From positions 96,001-160,000 of the forward strand of contig JANRKS010000019.1 of the NCBI GenBank assembly GCA_033763315.1: a DNA stretch of 64,000 nt, given 5' to 3'. Positions 47,767 to 56,277 of this stretch are shown piece after piece. Both the position numbers and the translations under genes were made by a program. Within the stretch, counting starts at the first letter, position 1. Each line of letters starts with the position of its first letter. Under the pieces are notes generated by a model that had not been told where the DNA came from, did no database searches, and worked only from the letters and a program-made list of their open reading frames with translations. The DNA is from Deltaproteobacteria bacterium (GTDB lineage Bacteria; Myxococcota_A; Polyangia; Fen-1088).

Positions 47767-48432
47767 ATGGCGCTACAGGCGGTTCTTTTCGACTTAGACG
47801 GAACGTTGATCGACTCTGAGCGCGACAACATCGAATCGGTGGTCATGGCCATGCGTAAGCTGGGCAAAACCTTGACCCAGGACGAACGAGATTTCGTGAT
47901 AGGCCATTCGTGGCGCGACATCTACGACATGCTGGTGCGCAACCACGGGATTGCGGTGCCCATGGGTGATCTGATCAACATCGCTGTGGATGAGAAACAA
48001 TCGCTCATTGAGGCCCACGGGTTTCGCGTTCTGCCGGGCGCGGTGGAGTTGGTGCGCCGCTTGGCGGAACGCGGGGTGCCACTGGCCATTGCGTCGGGCT
48101 CAAGCCGCCGCGAGGTGCACGAAGCCATCCACGGCATCGGCTTGGCGCCGCACTTTCGCGTGCTTTTGGGGGCCGAAGATTATGCCCCTGGCAAACCCGA
48201 TCCGGCGCCCTATCTGGCGGCCATGAAGGCGCTGGGGGTGGGACCCGCAGGGTGCGTGGTGATCGAAGACGCGTTGCCTGGCGTCAGGGCGGGAAAGGCG
48301 GCGGGGGCGGCCGTGGTGGGCGTGCAAGAAGGCAATTTCGCCGGCTACGACTTGTCCGAAGCGCATCTGGTGGTGCAAAAACTCACCGATGTGACAGACG
48401 CGGTTTTCGACCAAGTCCTCACACTGCGCTAA
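47767..48432 (+). CDS. HAD-superfamily hydrolase (beta-PGM/CbbY-like)
   Basis: FDLDGTLIDSE, AIASGS, GKPDPAPY, VIEDALPG. Confidence 0.9.
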   Translation: MALQAVLFDLDGTLIDSERDNIESVVMAMRKLGKTLTQDERDFVIGHSWRDIYDMLVRNHGIAVPMGDLINIAVDEKQSLIEAHGFRVLPGAVELVRRLAERGVPLAIASGSSRREVHEAIHGIGLAPHFRVLLGAEDYAPGKPDPAPYLAAMKALGVGPAGCVVIEDALPGVRAGKAAGAAVVGVQEGNFAGYDLSEAHLVVQKLTDVTDAVFDQVLTLR

Positions 48433-48452
48433 GCTAAAAGGGAGGCGCGCAC

Positions 48453-49388
48453 ATGCTTGAGCGATTGCCCCCTGACGTGACGATCTACGAAGTGGGCCCG
48501 CGGGACGGTCTGCAAAACGAATCCCGGTTGATTCCCACAGCCAGCAAGGTGCAACTCATCAACGCCTTGTCGGGCACAGGCTTGCGCGCGATCGAAGTCA
48601 CCAGCTTCGTGAATCCCAAGTGGATCCCACAGTTGGCCGATGCCGCCGAAGTGGCTCGCCAGATCGAACGCGTTCCCGGCGTGACGTATTCGGCTTTGGT
48701 GCCGAACCACAAAGGCTTGGAGTCGGCGATTGCGGTGCAGATGCCGGAGATCGCCGTGTTTTTATCGGCGTCTGAAACGCACAACAAGAAGAACGTCAAC
48801 AAGACGATCGATGAAACGTTGATGGCGTTTCGTGAAACCATTCCCCCGGCACTTGCGCACGGCATGCGCGTGCGTGCGTATGTTTCAACGGTGTATGGCT
48901 GCCCCTATGAAGGCGCCGTGGATCCGAACAAGGCGGTGCAGTTGTGCCGCGAGTTGCGGGCCTTGGGCTGCTATCAGATCTCGCTGGGCGATACGATCGG
49001 CGTGGCGAACCCGAAGCAAACGCGCGATGTGCTGGCGCGCGTGTTGGCGGAGCATCCCGCTGACGCGGTGGCCGTACATTTTCATGACACGCGCGGCACG
49101 GCGTTGGCCAACATCTTGGTTGCGGTGGAAATGGGCATCACCACCGTTGATTCGGCGTTGGGGGGGCTGGGTGGTTGCCCCTATGCACCGGGCGCTTCAG
49201 GCAATGTGGCCACCGAAGACGTGATTTACATGCTTGAAGGCATGGGCATAAACACCGGCGTGAACTTGGATGGGCTGGTGGCGTGTTCGGAGTTGGCCAC
49301 CTCCTTGATCGGCCACGATGTGCCGTCGAAGTATTACCGCGCGGCGATCGGGGCGAGGCAACGCTCGCGCCGTCACAGCTCGGGTTAG
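48453..49388 (+). CDS. liuE: Hydroxymethylglutaryl-CoA lyase
   Basis: EVGPRDGLQNE, SFVNPKWIPQLAD, LGDTIGVA.P, HFHDTRGTALAN, GLGGCPYAPGASGNVATED. Confidence 0.93.
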   Translation: MLERLPPDVTIYEVGPRDGLQNESRLIPTASKVQLINALSGTGLRAIEVTSFVNPKWIPQLADAAEVARQIERVPGVTYSALVPNHKGLESAIAVQMPEIAVFLSASETHNKKNVNKTIDETLMAFRETIPPALAHGMRVRAYVSTVYGCPYEGAVDPNKAVQLCRELRALGCYQISLGDTIGVANPKQTRDVLARVLAEHPADAVAVHFHDTRGTALANILVAVEMGITTVDSALGGLGGCPYAPGASGNVATEDVIYMLEGMGINTGVNLDGLVACSELATSLIGHDVPSKYYRAAIGARQRSRRHSSG

Positions 49389-49409
49389 CAATAAACGGGA
49401 GCGTTCTTC

Positions 49410-50216
49410 GTGTCAGAATTCTTGGATTCCTTTGGCCCCACAAGCGCTGTGACTGTGGCCGTTCAGGACGGCGTGGCGGTGTTGACCTTGAACCGCCCGG
49501 ACGCCCGCAACGCTTTGTCGAAAGACGTGGTGGCGCGAGGGCAGGCGGCGCTGGATGTGTTGAGCGCCGATTCGGCGGTGCGCTGTGTGGTGGTCACCGG
49601 CGCCGGCGACAAGGCTTTTTGTGCAGGCGCCGACCTCAAAGAACGTTTGGCCATGTCGCTTGAGCAGACGCGCGCCTTCTTGGATGCGTTGGGAGGTTTT
49701 TGCAACACACTGGCCGCCTTCCGTGTGCCGACGATCGCCACCATCAATGGAGTGGCCTTCGGTGGCGGGCTTGAACTGGCGCTTTGCTGCGACATGCGTT
49801 TGGCGGCCACTTCGGCCGTTGTGGGTTTGCCCGAAGTGAAGTTGGGCATCATTCCTGGCGCTGGGGGCACGCAACGTTTGGCGCGCGCTTGTGGCATGGC
49901 CGTGGCCAAAAGCTTGATTCTCACAGGCCGCAAGATCGATGCAGAGCAAGCGTTGCGTTTGGGTGTGGTTTCCGAGGTGGTGCCCAACGGCTCACTCGCG
50001 CAGCACGCGCTGGCCTGGGCCAAAGATGTGGTGGAGGCGGGGCCATTGGCGGTGGCCACGGCAAAGCAGGCGATCGAAGAAGGTTGGGGCCAGCCTATGC
50101 CCGAAGCGTTGGCCACCGAGCGGCGCTGTTATGAGGTGGTGTTGGCCAGCCACGATCGGCAAGAGGGCCTGCGCGCCTTCGTCGAAAAGCGCACAGCCAA
50201 ATATACCGGTCAGTGA
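49410..50216 (+). CDS. liuC: Enoyl-CoA hydratase, probably methylglutaconyl-CoA hydratase
   Basis: LNRPDARNAL, AFCAGADLKER, AFGGGLELAL.CD, GLPEVKLGIIPGAGGTQRL; lies between HMG-CoA lyase and a carboxyltransferase. Confidence 0.82.
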   Translation: MSEFLDSFGPTSAVTVAVQDGVAVLTLNRPDARNALSKDVVARGQAALDVLSADSAVRCVVVTGAGDKAFCAGADLKERLAMSLEQTRAFLDALGGFCNTLAAFRVPTIATINGVAFGGGLELALCCDMRLAATSAVVGLPEVKLGIIPGAGGTQRLARACGMAVAKSLILTGRKIDAEQALRLGVVSEVVPNGSLAQHALAWAKDVVEAGPLAVATAKQAIEEGWGQPMPEALATERRCYEVVLASHDRQEGLRAFVEKRTAKYTGQ

Positions 50217-50265
50217 GCGCGGCGTTCGTTTCGGTTTGGCGCCAGGTGAATTAGGATAAAGGAGC

Positions 50266-51798
50266 ATGAGCTCCCGAGAAAAAATCGCCAAACTGTCGGC
50301 TTCCATTAAACGCGGTGGCGCGGCCAAATACCACGAGGCCAACGCCAGCAAAGGCAAGAAGTTTTGCCGCGAGCGTATCGCCTTGTTGTGCGACGACGGC
50401 GGAAAAGACTTTGTGGAAGATGGTTTGTTTGCCAACGCCACGGCAGCAGATCTGCCTGCTGATGGCGTGGTCACGGGCATCGGCAAGGTTCATGGCCGGC
50501 CGGTGGCGATCATGGCCAACGATTCAACGATCAAAGCGGGCTCGTGGGGGGCGCGTACGGTCGAGAAGATCCTGCGCATTCAAGAAACCGCGGGGCGGTT
50601 GCGCATTCCGCTGCTTTACCTGGTGGATTCGGCCGGCGCTCGCATCACGGATCAGATCGATATGTTTCCGGGCCGCCGGCACGCGGGGCGCATCTTTCGC
50701 AACCAAGTGAAACTTTCGGGGGCGATCCCGCAAATCTGTTTGTTGTTCGGCCCCTCCGCTGCGGGGGGCGCCTACATCCCCGCGTTTTGTGATGTGGTGT
50801 TTATGGTGGATGGCAACGCATCGATGTATCTGGGCTCGCCGCGGATGGCGGAGATGGTGATCGGTGAAAAGGTGTCGTTGGAAGATATGGGTGGCGCTCG
50901 CATGCACTGCTCCGTTTCGGGCTGCGGCGATCTTCTGGCGGCCAACGAAGACGAATGCTTGGCGGCCGCGCGCCACTATCTCAGTTATTTGCCGAACAAT
51001 TCGGATGTGGGTCCCGCGTTGGCGCCGCCCAGCGCGCCCGCCTCAGACAAGCGCATCGATGACCTTTTGCCTGAAAAAGAAAATCAGGCCTTCGATATGT
51101 ATGCGCTCATTGACACTCTGGTGGATGGCGGCAGCTTCTTCGAGATCAAGAAGCTGTTTGCCCGCGAAATGATCACCGGCTTTGCGCGGTTGGGCGGACG
51201 AACGATCGGCGTGGTGGCAAACCAACCGAAATGGAAGGGAGGCGTGTTGTTTGTGGACTCGGCAGACAAGGCGGCACGCTTTGTGTGGCTGTGCGATGCG
51301 TTCCGCATACCGTTGCTGTTCCTGGCCGACGTTCCCGGCTTTATGATCGGCAAGGCCGTTGAACGGCAAGGCATCATTCGTCACGGTGCCAAAATGATTT
51401 CGGCCATTTCGGATGCCACTGTGCCCAAGCTGAGCGTGATTGTGCGCAAGGCGTACGGCGCGGGCCTTTACGCGATGTGTGGCCCTGCGTTCGACGCCGA
51501 CGCGACGATCGCTTTGCCGCAAGCCATGATCGCGGTGATGGGCGCCGAGGCCGCGGTGAATGCGGTTTACGCAAACAAGGTGGCCGAGAAGCCCGAAGCA
51601 GAACGGCAGGCGTTTGTTGAGCAGTTGCGTACGCAATACCGCGAAGACATCGACATCGTCAAACTGGCGTCCGAGCTTCACATCGACGCCATCATTGAGG
51701 GCGATCAGTTGCGCGCCGAACTGATGCAACGCTTTGAATACACCGCCACGAAAGAAGACGGCGGTTACCGGCGGCGCCACCCGGTGCTGCCGGTGTAG
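50266..51798 (+). CDS. Acyl-CoA carboxylase carboxyltransferase subunit (methylcrotonyl-CoA carboxylase beta-like)
   Basis: PADGVVTG, ANDSTIKAGSWG, VDSAGAR, SAAGGAY, DVPGFMIG, RKAYGAG. Confidence 0.9.
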   Translation: MSSREKIAKLSASIKRGGAAKYHEANASKGKKFCRERIALLCDDGGKDFVEDGLFANATAADLPADGVVTGIGKVHGRPVAIMANDSTIKAGSWGARTVEKILRIQETAGRLRIPLLYLVDSAGARITDQIDMFPGRRHAGRIFRNQVKLSGAIPQICLLFGPSAAGGAYIPAFCDVVFMVDGNASMYLGSPRMAEMVIGEKVSLEDMGGARMHCSVSGCGDLLAANEDECLAAARHYLSYLPNNSDVGPALAPPSAPASDKRIDDLLPEKENQAFDMYALIDTLVDGGSFFEIKKLFAREMITGFARLGGRTIGVVANQPKWKGGVLFVDSADKAARFVWLCDAFRIPLLFLADVPGFMIGKAVERQGIIRHGAKMISAISDATVPKLSVIVRKAYGAGLYAMCGPAFDADATIALPQAMIAVMGAEAAVNAVYANKVAEKPEAERQAFVEQLRTQYREDIDIVKLASELHIDAIIEGDQLRAELMQRFEYTATKEDGGYRRRHPVLPV

Positions 51799-51822
51799 CA
51801 AACAGTCTGCTAAGCCTTCGCC

Positions 51823-53064
51823 ATGGGCTTGCGGTCACTCACCAGTGTGGCAGACGCGTGCGCCGCTCTGCAGGCGGTGACGCCTCGCTTGACCAGCCAG
51901 CGCGTGCCCTTGCAAAGAGCGCGGGGCCGATACTTGGCGGACGACGTTTACGCCACACAGGCCATGCCACAAGCCCCGCGATCGGCCATGGATGGCTTCG
52001 CTGTGCGTGCGGTTGATGTGGCGCACGCGTGCCGAGCCATGCCGGTGAGGTTATCAATTGTGGGGGAGGTTGTGGCAGGGGCGCAATACGAGGGCACCCT
52101 TCTTGCGGGGCAGGCCGTTCGCATTCCTACGGGCGGCTGTTTGCCCGCGGGTACGGACGCGATCGTGCCTGTTGAAAACGTTGTTGTGCAAGGGGCATAC
52201 GCGGCCGTGGTTGTGCCCAGCGCGGCCGGCAGGCACGTGGTGGCCGCTGGTGATGACGTGCGTGTGGGGCAAGCGCTGCTTGCACAAGGCCAGCGTTTGT
52301 ACGCGCCCCAAATGGCCGTGCTTGCGGCGGCGGGGCACCCGCATGTGAATGTGGCTGCGCAGCCGCGGGTCACGCTGTTCTCAAGTGGCGCCGAAGTGTG
52401 CCCGCCTGAGCAGGCGCCCACGCCCGCGCAAGTGCGCGACGTGAACCAAACGTTGCTGGGGGCGTTGTGCGAGGCCGCGGGAGCCTTGGTGACCTATGGT
52501 GGAATTATTGCCGACGAGCTGGCCGCGCTCACGCAGGCGATTGAAGCCGCGGTGACCACGAGCGATGTGATTTTGCTTTCGGCCGGAACGTCTGTGGGCG
52601 TCCGTGATTTCGCAGCCGCCGCGGTTGCCGCCGTGCCAGGCACGCGCTTGTTGTTTCACGGTGTGAACATGCGACCAGGCAAGCCAACATTGGCCGCTTA
52701 CCGTCCGGGTCCACCGCCTGTGTTCATTTGCGGCCTACCGGGGTTTCCGATGTCGGCCACTGTGGCGTTTGCCGTGTTCGTCGCGCCTGTGCTTGCGCGG
52801 CTACAAGGTGGAGCTGGCCATGAACGCACGCCACCGGCTGTGGCGATTTTGACTGAGCCCTATCAATCAAGCGTGGGCCGTGAAGACTACGTGCGGGTGG
52901 CTCTGACCACCCAGCCGGACGGTCCACCCTTGGCGACGCCATTGTCAGCGGGGCCGGCGTTGGTCACGGGCCTTTTGCAGATGGAGGGTTTTGTGAAGGT
53001 TCGGCCTGAAACCGAAACGTTGCCGGCCGGCGCCCTCGTGCACGTTTTGCCGCTGGATTTATGA
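51823..53064 (+). CDS. moeA: Molybdopterin molybdotransferase
   Basis: RSAMDGFAVR, RIPTG..LP.GTDAIVP.E, SSG.E, SAGTSVG.RD, MRPGKPT, GLPG.P.S. Confidence 0.9.
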   Translation: MGLRSLTSVADACAALQAVTPRLTSQRVPLQRARGRYLADDVYATQAMPQAPRSAMDGFAVRAVDVAHACRAMPVRLSIVGEVVAGAQYEGTLLAGQAVRIPTGGCLPAGTDAIVPVENVVVQGAYAAVVVPSAAGRHVVAAGDDVRVGQALLAQGQRLYAPQMAVLAAAGHPHVNVAAQPRVTLFSSGAEVCPPEQAPTPAQVRDVNQTLLGALCEAAGALVTYGGIIADELAALTQAIEAAVTTSDVILLSAGTSVGVRDFAAAAVAAVPGTRLLFHGVNMRPGKPTLAAYRPGPPPVFICGLPGFPMSATVAFAVFVAPVLARLQGGAGHERTPPAVAILTEPYQSSVGREDYVRVALTTQPDGPPLATPLSAGPALVTGLLQMEGFVKVRPETETLPAGALVHVLPLDL

Positions 53065-53079
53065 TACGCTGCCGGCGCT

Positions 53080-55308
53080 ATGGTTAGACTTGCACGTGTT
53101 GTTGGCGTCATTATTTCTCTTGTTTTAGGCAGCACCGTAGGCACCCACGCGGGCCGCATGACGGTGGTGAATGTGGCGGCCGCCCAAGGCGCAGCGCCCA
53201 AGCCGCGGCCGAAATTGCGGGGCCGGCTGCACAAGCTGACCATCGATTCATCGCCCCAGCAGGCAACCGTATTTTGGGATGCATCGACGGCCAAGGTGCC
53301 CGCGGATCCGAAAGCCTTCGGCGTGGCGGGCTACACGCCGCTAACCATCACAGTGCCCCGCGGCACGGTCAAGCTCATCATTGAACTGAAGGGCTTTAAA
53401 ACCATCGAACGTGAGCTGAATGTGCAGCGCACTGAGAAGCAAACCTTCACCTTCGAACGCGCCCCGGAGGCGGGCCGCTTGGATGTGCGTGCCTCGGCCG
53501 GTGGCAACGCCACGGGCGGCGAAGTGTTTTTGGATGGCGTATCGGTGGGAACCGTGCCCAATGAGTTTCAGGTGGCGGCAGGCCGCCGCATGCTTGAGAT
53601 CAAGAAACCGGGCTTCGAGACGTTCAGCGAGTGGGTGGATCTCAAAGAAGGCGAACACCGCACGCGTGAGGTGACGCTGAAGCGCGACGCCTCTGGTTTG
53701 GGTTCAATCATGGTGGTGGCCGATTCGGGCGATGTTTACCTTGATGGCGAAAAGAAGGACGCCGCTCCCACTTTGCTTGCCGGCGTGACGCCGGGCGATC
53801 ACGTGGTTGAGGTTCGCCGCGATGGCGCCGAACCTTTCCGCCAGGTGGTTAAGGTGGAAGAGGGCAAGCAGGCCAAGGTGACGGCGGGTGCGGCGCAAGG
53901 GTTGGCTGGTTCCGTGCGCGTGCTGGCCAACGTCGATGATGTGGATGTTTACCTTGATGGCCGCGCGTCAGGCAAAACGCCCGCGGATCTCGTCAACGTT
54001 GCACCGGGGCAGCACGTGGTGGAAGGCCGCAAGAAAGGCTTCACGAGCAGCGAAGAAGTCATCAAGCTTACGCCGGGCGAAAAGATGATGGTGCGCCTTA
54101 AGCTGGAGAAGAGCAACGACACGGCCACGCGCGCTGTTCTCTCGGTAAAATCAGCTGAGCCCAACGCCGAAGTGTTTCTTGATGGGGCCAGCTTGGGCAA
54201 CGCGCCGATTGAGCGCAAAGATCTCGAACCAGGCAAGCATGTGGTGATCGTGCGCAAGCCGGGCTTCGTTGATTACAAGCGCGAGGTGATGTTGGAAGAA
54301 GGCAAGCCGATGAACATGGTTGCCGAACTGCAATCGGTGGCGCGGCTGAAATTCATCTCGCAGCCACCGGGCGCGCAGGTGTTCATTGATGGGGAGCCCA
54401 TCCCCGGCGTCACGCCCAACAGCCGCGACGAGGTTTCTGCGGGTGAGCATCAGATCATGATGCGCTTGGCGAACTATGTTGATAACCGCCAGACGATCAA
54501 AGTCGAAGGTGGCAAAGAGCGCATCGTTTCGATGGATCTTGAGCACGTGCGCGTGGGGCCCACGCGGCAAGAAGTGGACGTTGCGAAAACGGGCGCTTCA
54601 TCCTTCGGTGCCAAGGCGTTGCCCCGCAACGGCTTCGCCGCTGACCTAGGCACAGGGTTTCCTTATTTGCTGTCGGGCCGTTTGACCGTTTCGGCGGCGC
54701 AGCTGCCAAACACGCCGATCAAGTTGGACGCGGGCGTTGAGATCAAAACCTATTTCAACATGATCGAGTTCGCGTTGCACAGCCGGGCGCAACTGTTCCA
54801 GGCGGGCCCCTTGTTCTTGGGCGTGCGCGGTTATGTGGGCGGTGGGCCAGGGAGCAACGGCCGCAACACCTTCTCAACCGAGGTGGGCCCGGTGGCCACG
54901 CTCTCCTTCGCTGACCGCGTGAACTTCACCGTGCATGCCAAGTACCAATATTACACGGATAAGCTTTGCCCCTCCGCCGGTGAAGTGAGACGCGGCGTGG
55001 AGCCACGCGAGGCGTGTATGGATTGGACGAATACCACGAACCCTGTTGTGGACGGAAAATTAAAGAATTCCCTGTTTCAACAGTGGAACCAAAAAGATCC
55101 CGGCGCCAACCGTTACTCGGGCAACCGCTTGTTTGTGGGCGGCGCGCTTGAAGTGGCGGTCGACCGCTACTTTTCTGGTTACGTCACGGTTGATTTCTTG
55201 CCGGGCCAATTCGAAGGACGCAAAGCCTTCAAAGACTTCTCGAACAGCCTCATGTTTGAGCGCGATCCGCTGTTCTATTTGACCGCGGGACTTACATTGA
55301 AGCTCTAG
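53080..55308 (+). CDS. Exported PEGA-repeat protein with a beta-barrel-like C-terminus
   Basis: Six PEGA-like repeats (L.I.S.P..A.VF.DG...G.TP); amphipathic strands ending FYLTAGLTLKL. Confidence 0.78.
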   Translation: MVRLARVVGVIISLVLGSTVGTHAGRMTVVNVAAAQGAAPKPRPKLRGRLHKLTIDSSPQQATVFWDASTAKVPADPKAFGVAGYTPLTITVPRGTVKLIIELKGFKTIERELNVQRTEKQTFTFERAPEAGRLDVRASAGGNATGGEVFLDGVSVGTVPNEFQVAAGRRMLEIKKPGFETFSEWVDLKEGEHRTREVTLKRDASGLGSIMVVADSGDVYLDGEKKDAAPTLLAGVTPGDHVVEVRRDGAEPFRQVVKVEEGKQAKVTAGAAQGLAGSVRVLANVDDVDVYLDGRASGKTPADLVNVAPGQHVVEGRKKGFTSSEEVIKLTPGEKMMVRLKLEKSNDTATRAVLSVKSAEPNAEVFLDGASLGNAPIERKDLEPGKHVVIVRKPGFVDYKREVMLEEGKPMNMVAELQSVARLKFISQPPGAQVFIDGEPIPGVTPNSRDEVSAGEHQIMMRLANYVDNRQTIKVEGGKERIVSMDLEHVRVGPTRQEVDVAKTGASSFGAKALPRNGFAADLGTGFPYLLSGRLTVSAAQLPNTPIKLDAGVEIKTYFNMIEFALHSRAQLFQAGPLFLGVRGYVGGGPGSNGRNTFSTEVGPVATLSFADRVNFTVHAKYQYYTDKLCPSAGEVRRGVEPREACMDWTNTTNPVVDGKLKNSLFQQWNQKDPGANRYSGNRLFVGGALEVAVDRYFSGYVTVDFLPGQFEGRKAFKDFSNSLMFERDPLFYLTAGLTLKL

Positions 55309-55313
55309 CGTCG

Positions 55314-56162
55314 ATGGGTTTGTCGCTGCCTCCGCGCCCCTCGCATGATGCGATCGATGCGCCCGAGCTAAACAGCGATCACTTCATCGAATCAGAGGGC
55401 TATCACATCTACCGAAGCCGTGGCACCACCACGGCTTTGCTGTTTTACACGAAGGAAGGGCAGGGCTTTTTCCGTTCGTTCCGTGGGCGTCACGAGACGT
55501 TTCATATCAGCCAGCGCACGGAGCTGGTGCTGTGGCAACCAAGTACGCCGCAAAACTATGGCACCATGCCCGGCAGCGTATGGGACTTTCATTGGGTGCA
55601 TTTTCATCCCAAAGAACACTGGCGCGCCCTGCTGGCGTTGCCGCCGGTGGCGGGCCTGCCGCATCTGCGGGCTCTGCCCATGCCGGCGCGTGATGGGCCG
55701 CTTCTCGAACGCATGTTCGAGGACATCCACCGCGACATCCGCATGAACACGCCCACGCGCCGCCACCTGGCGCTCAACACACTTGAACGCATCTTCTGGT
55801 TGGCGCAAGAGCAGATGGGCTCCGCTGGCTCGCCCACCCTGGACGCGCGCGTGCGTGCCGCTCTCGAGCAAATAGCGGCCGATCCCGCTCAAGCTCACAA
55901 AGTAAGCGTTCTGGCCAAATCTGCCGGGCTGTCCCCGTCGCGGTTTGCGCATCTATTCGTTGAGCAAACGGGCGCATCTGTGATCGAGACGGTGATCGCG
56001 ACGCGGTTGGCACAGGCCGAACGTTTGCTATCGCTTTCGTCGGCGAGTGCGTCCGAGATTGGCTTTCACGTGGGCTTCTCCAGCCTCAGCCTGTTTACGC
56101 GGCACTTTAAGAAGCGTTATGGGTGCAGCCCCGGCGCGTACCGGATGCGAAATAGACCTTAA
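55314..56162 (+). CDS. AraC-family transcriptional regulator
   Basis: N-terminal cupin-like domain (WDFHWVHFHP); LSPSRFAHLF, EIGFHVGFSSLSLFTRHFKKRYGCSP. Confidence 0.9.
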   Translation: MGLSLPPRPSHDAIDAPELNSDHFIESEGYHIYRSRGTTTALLFYTKEGQGFFRSFRGRHETFHISQRTELVLWQPSTPQNYGTMPGSVWDFHWVHFHPKEHWRALLALPPVAGLPHLRALPMPARDGPLLERMFEDIHRDIRMNTPTRRHLALNTLERIFWLAQEQMGSAGSPTLDARVRAALEQIAADPAQAHKVSVLAKSAGLSPSRFAHLFVEQTGASVIETVIATRLAQAERLLSLSSASASEIGFHVGFSSLSLFTRHFKKRYGCSPGAYRMRNRP

Positions 56163-56277
56163 GCTGGTGTGTTGCGCGCCACGCGCTAGTCACAAAGCCC
56201 CAGCACAGCTTGCCGTTGGTTTGCACAATCCTGCTACGAGGGTTGTGGCGTGGGTTTGGGTGGCATACCGCTAAGGG

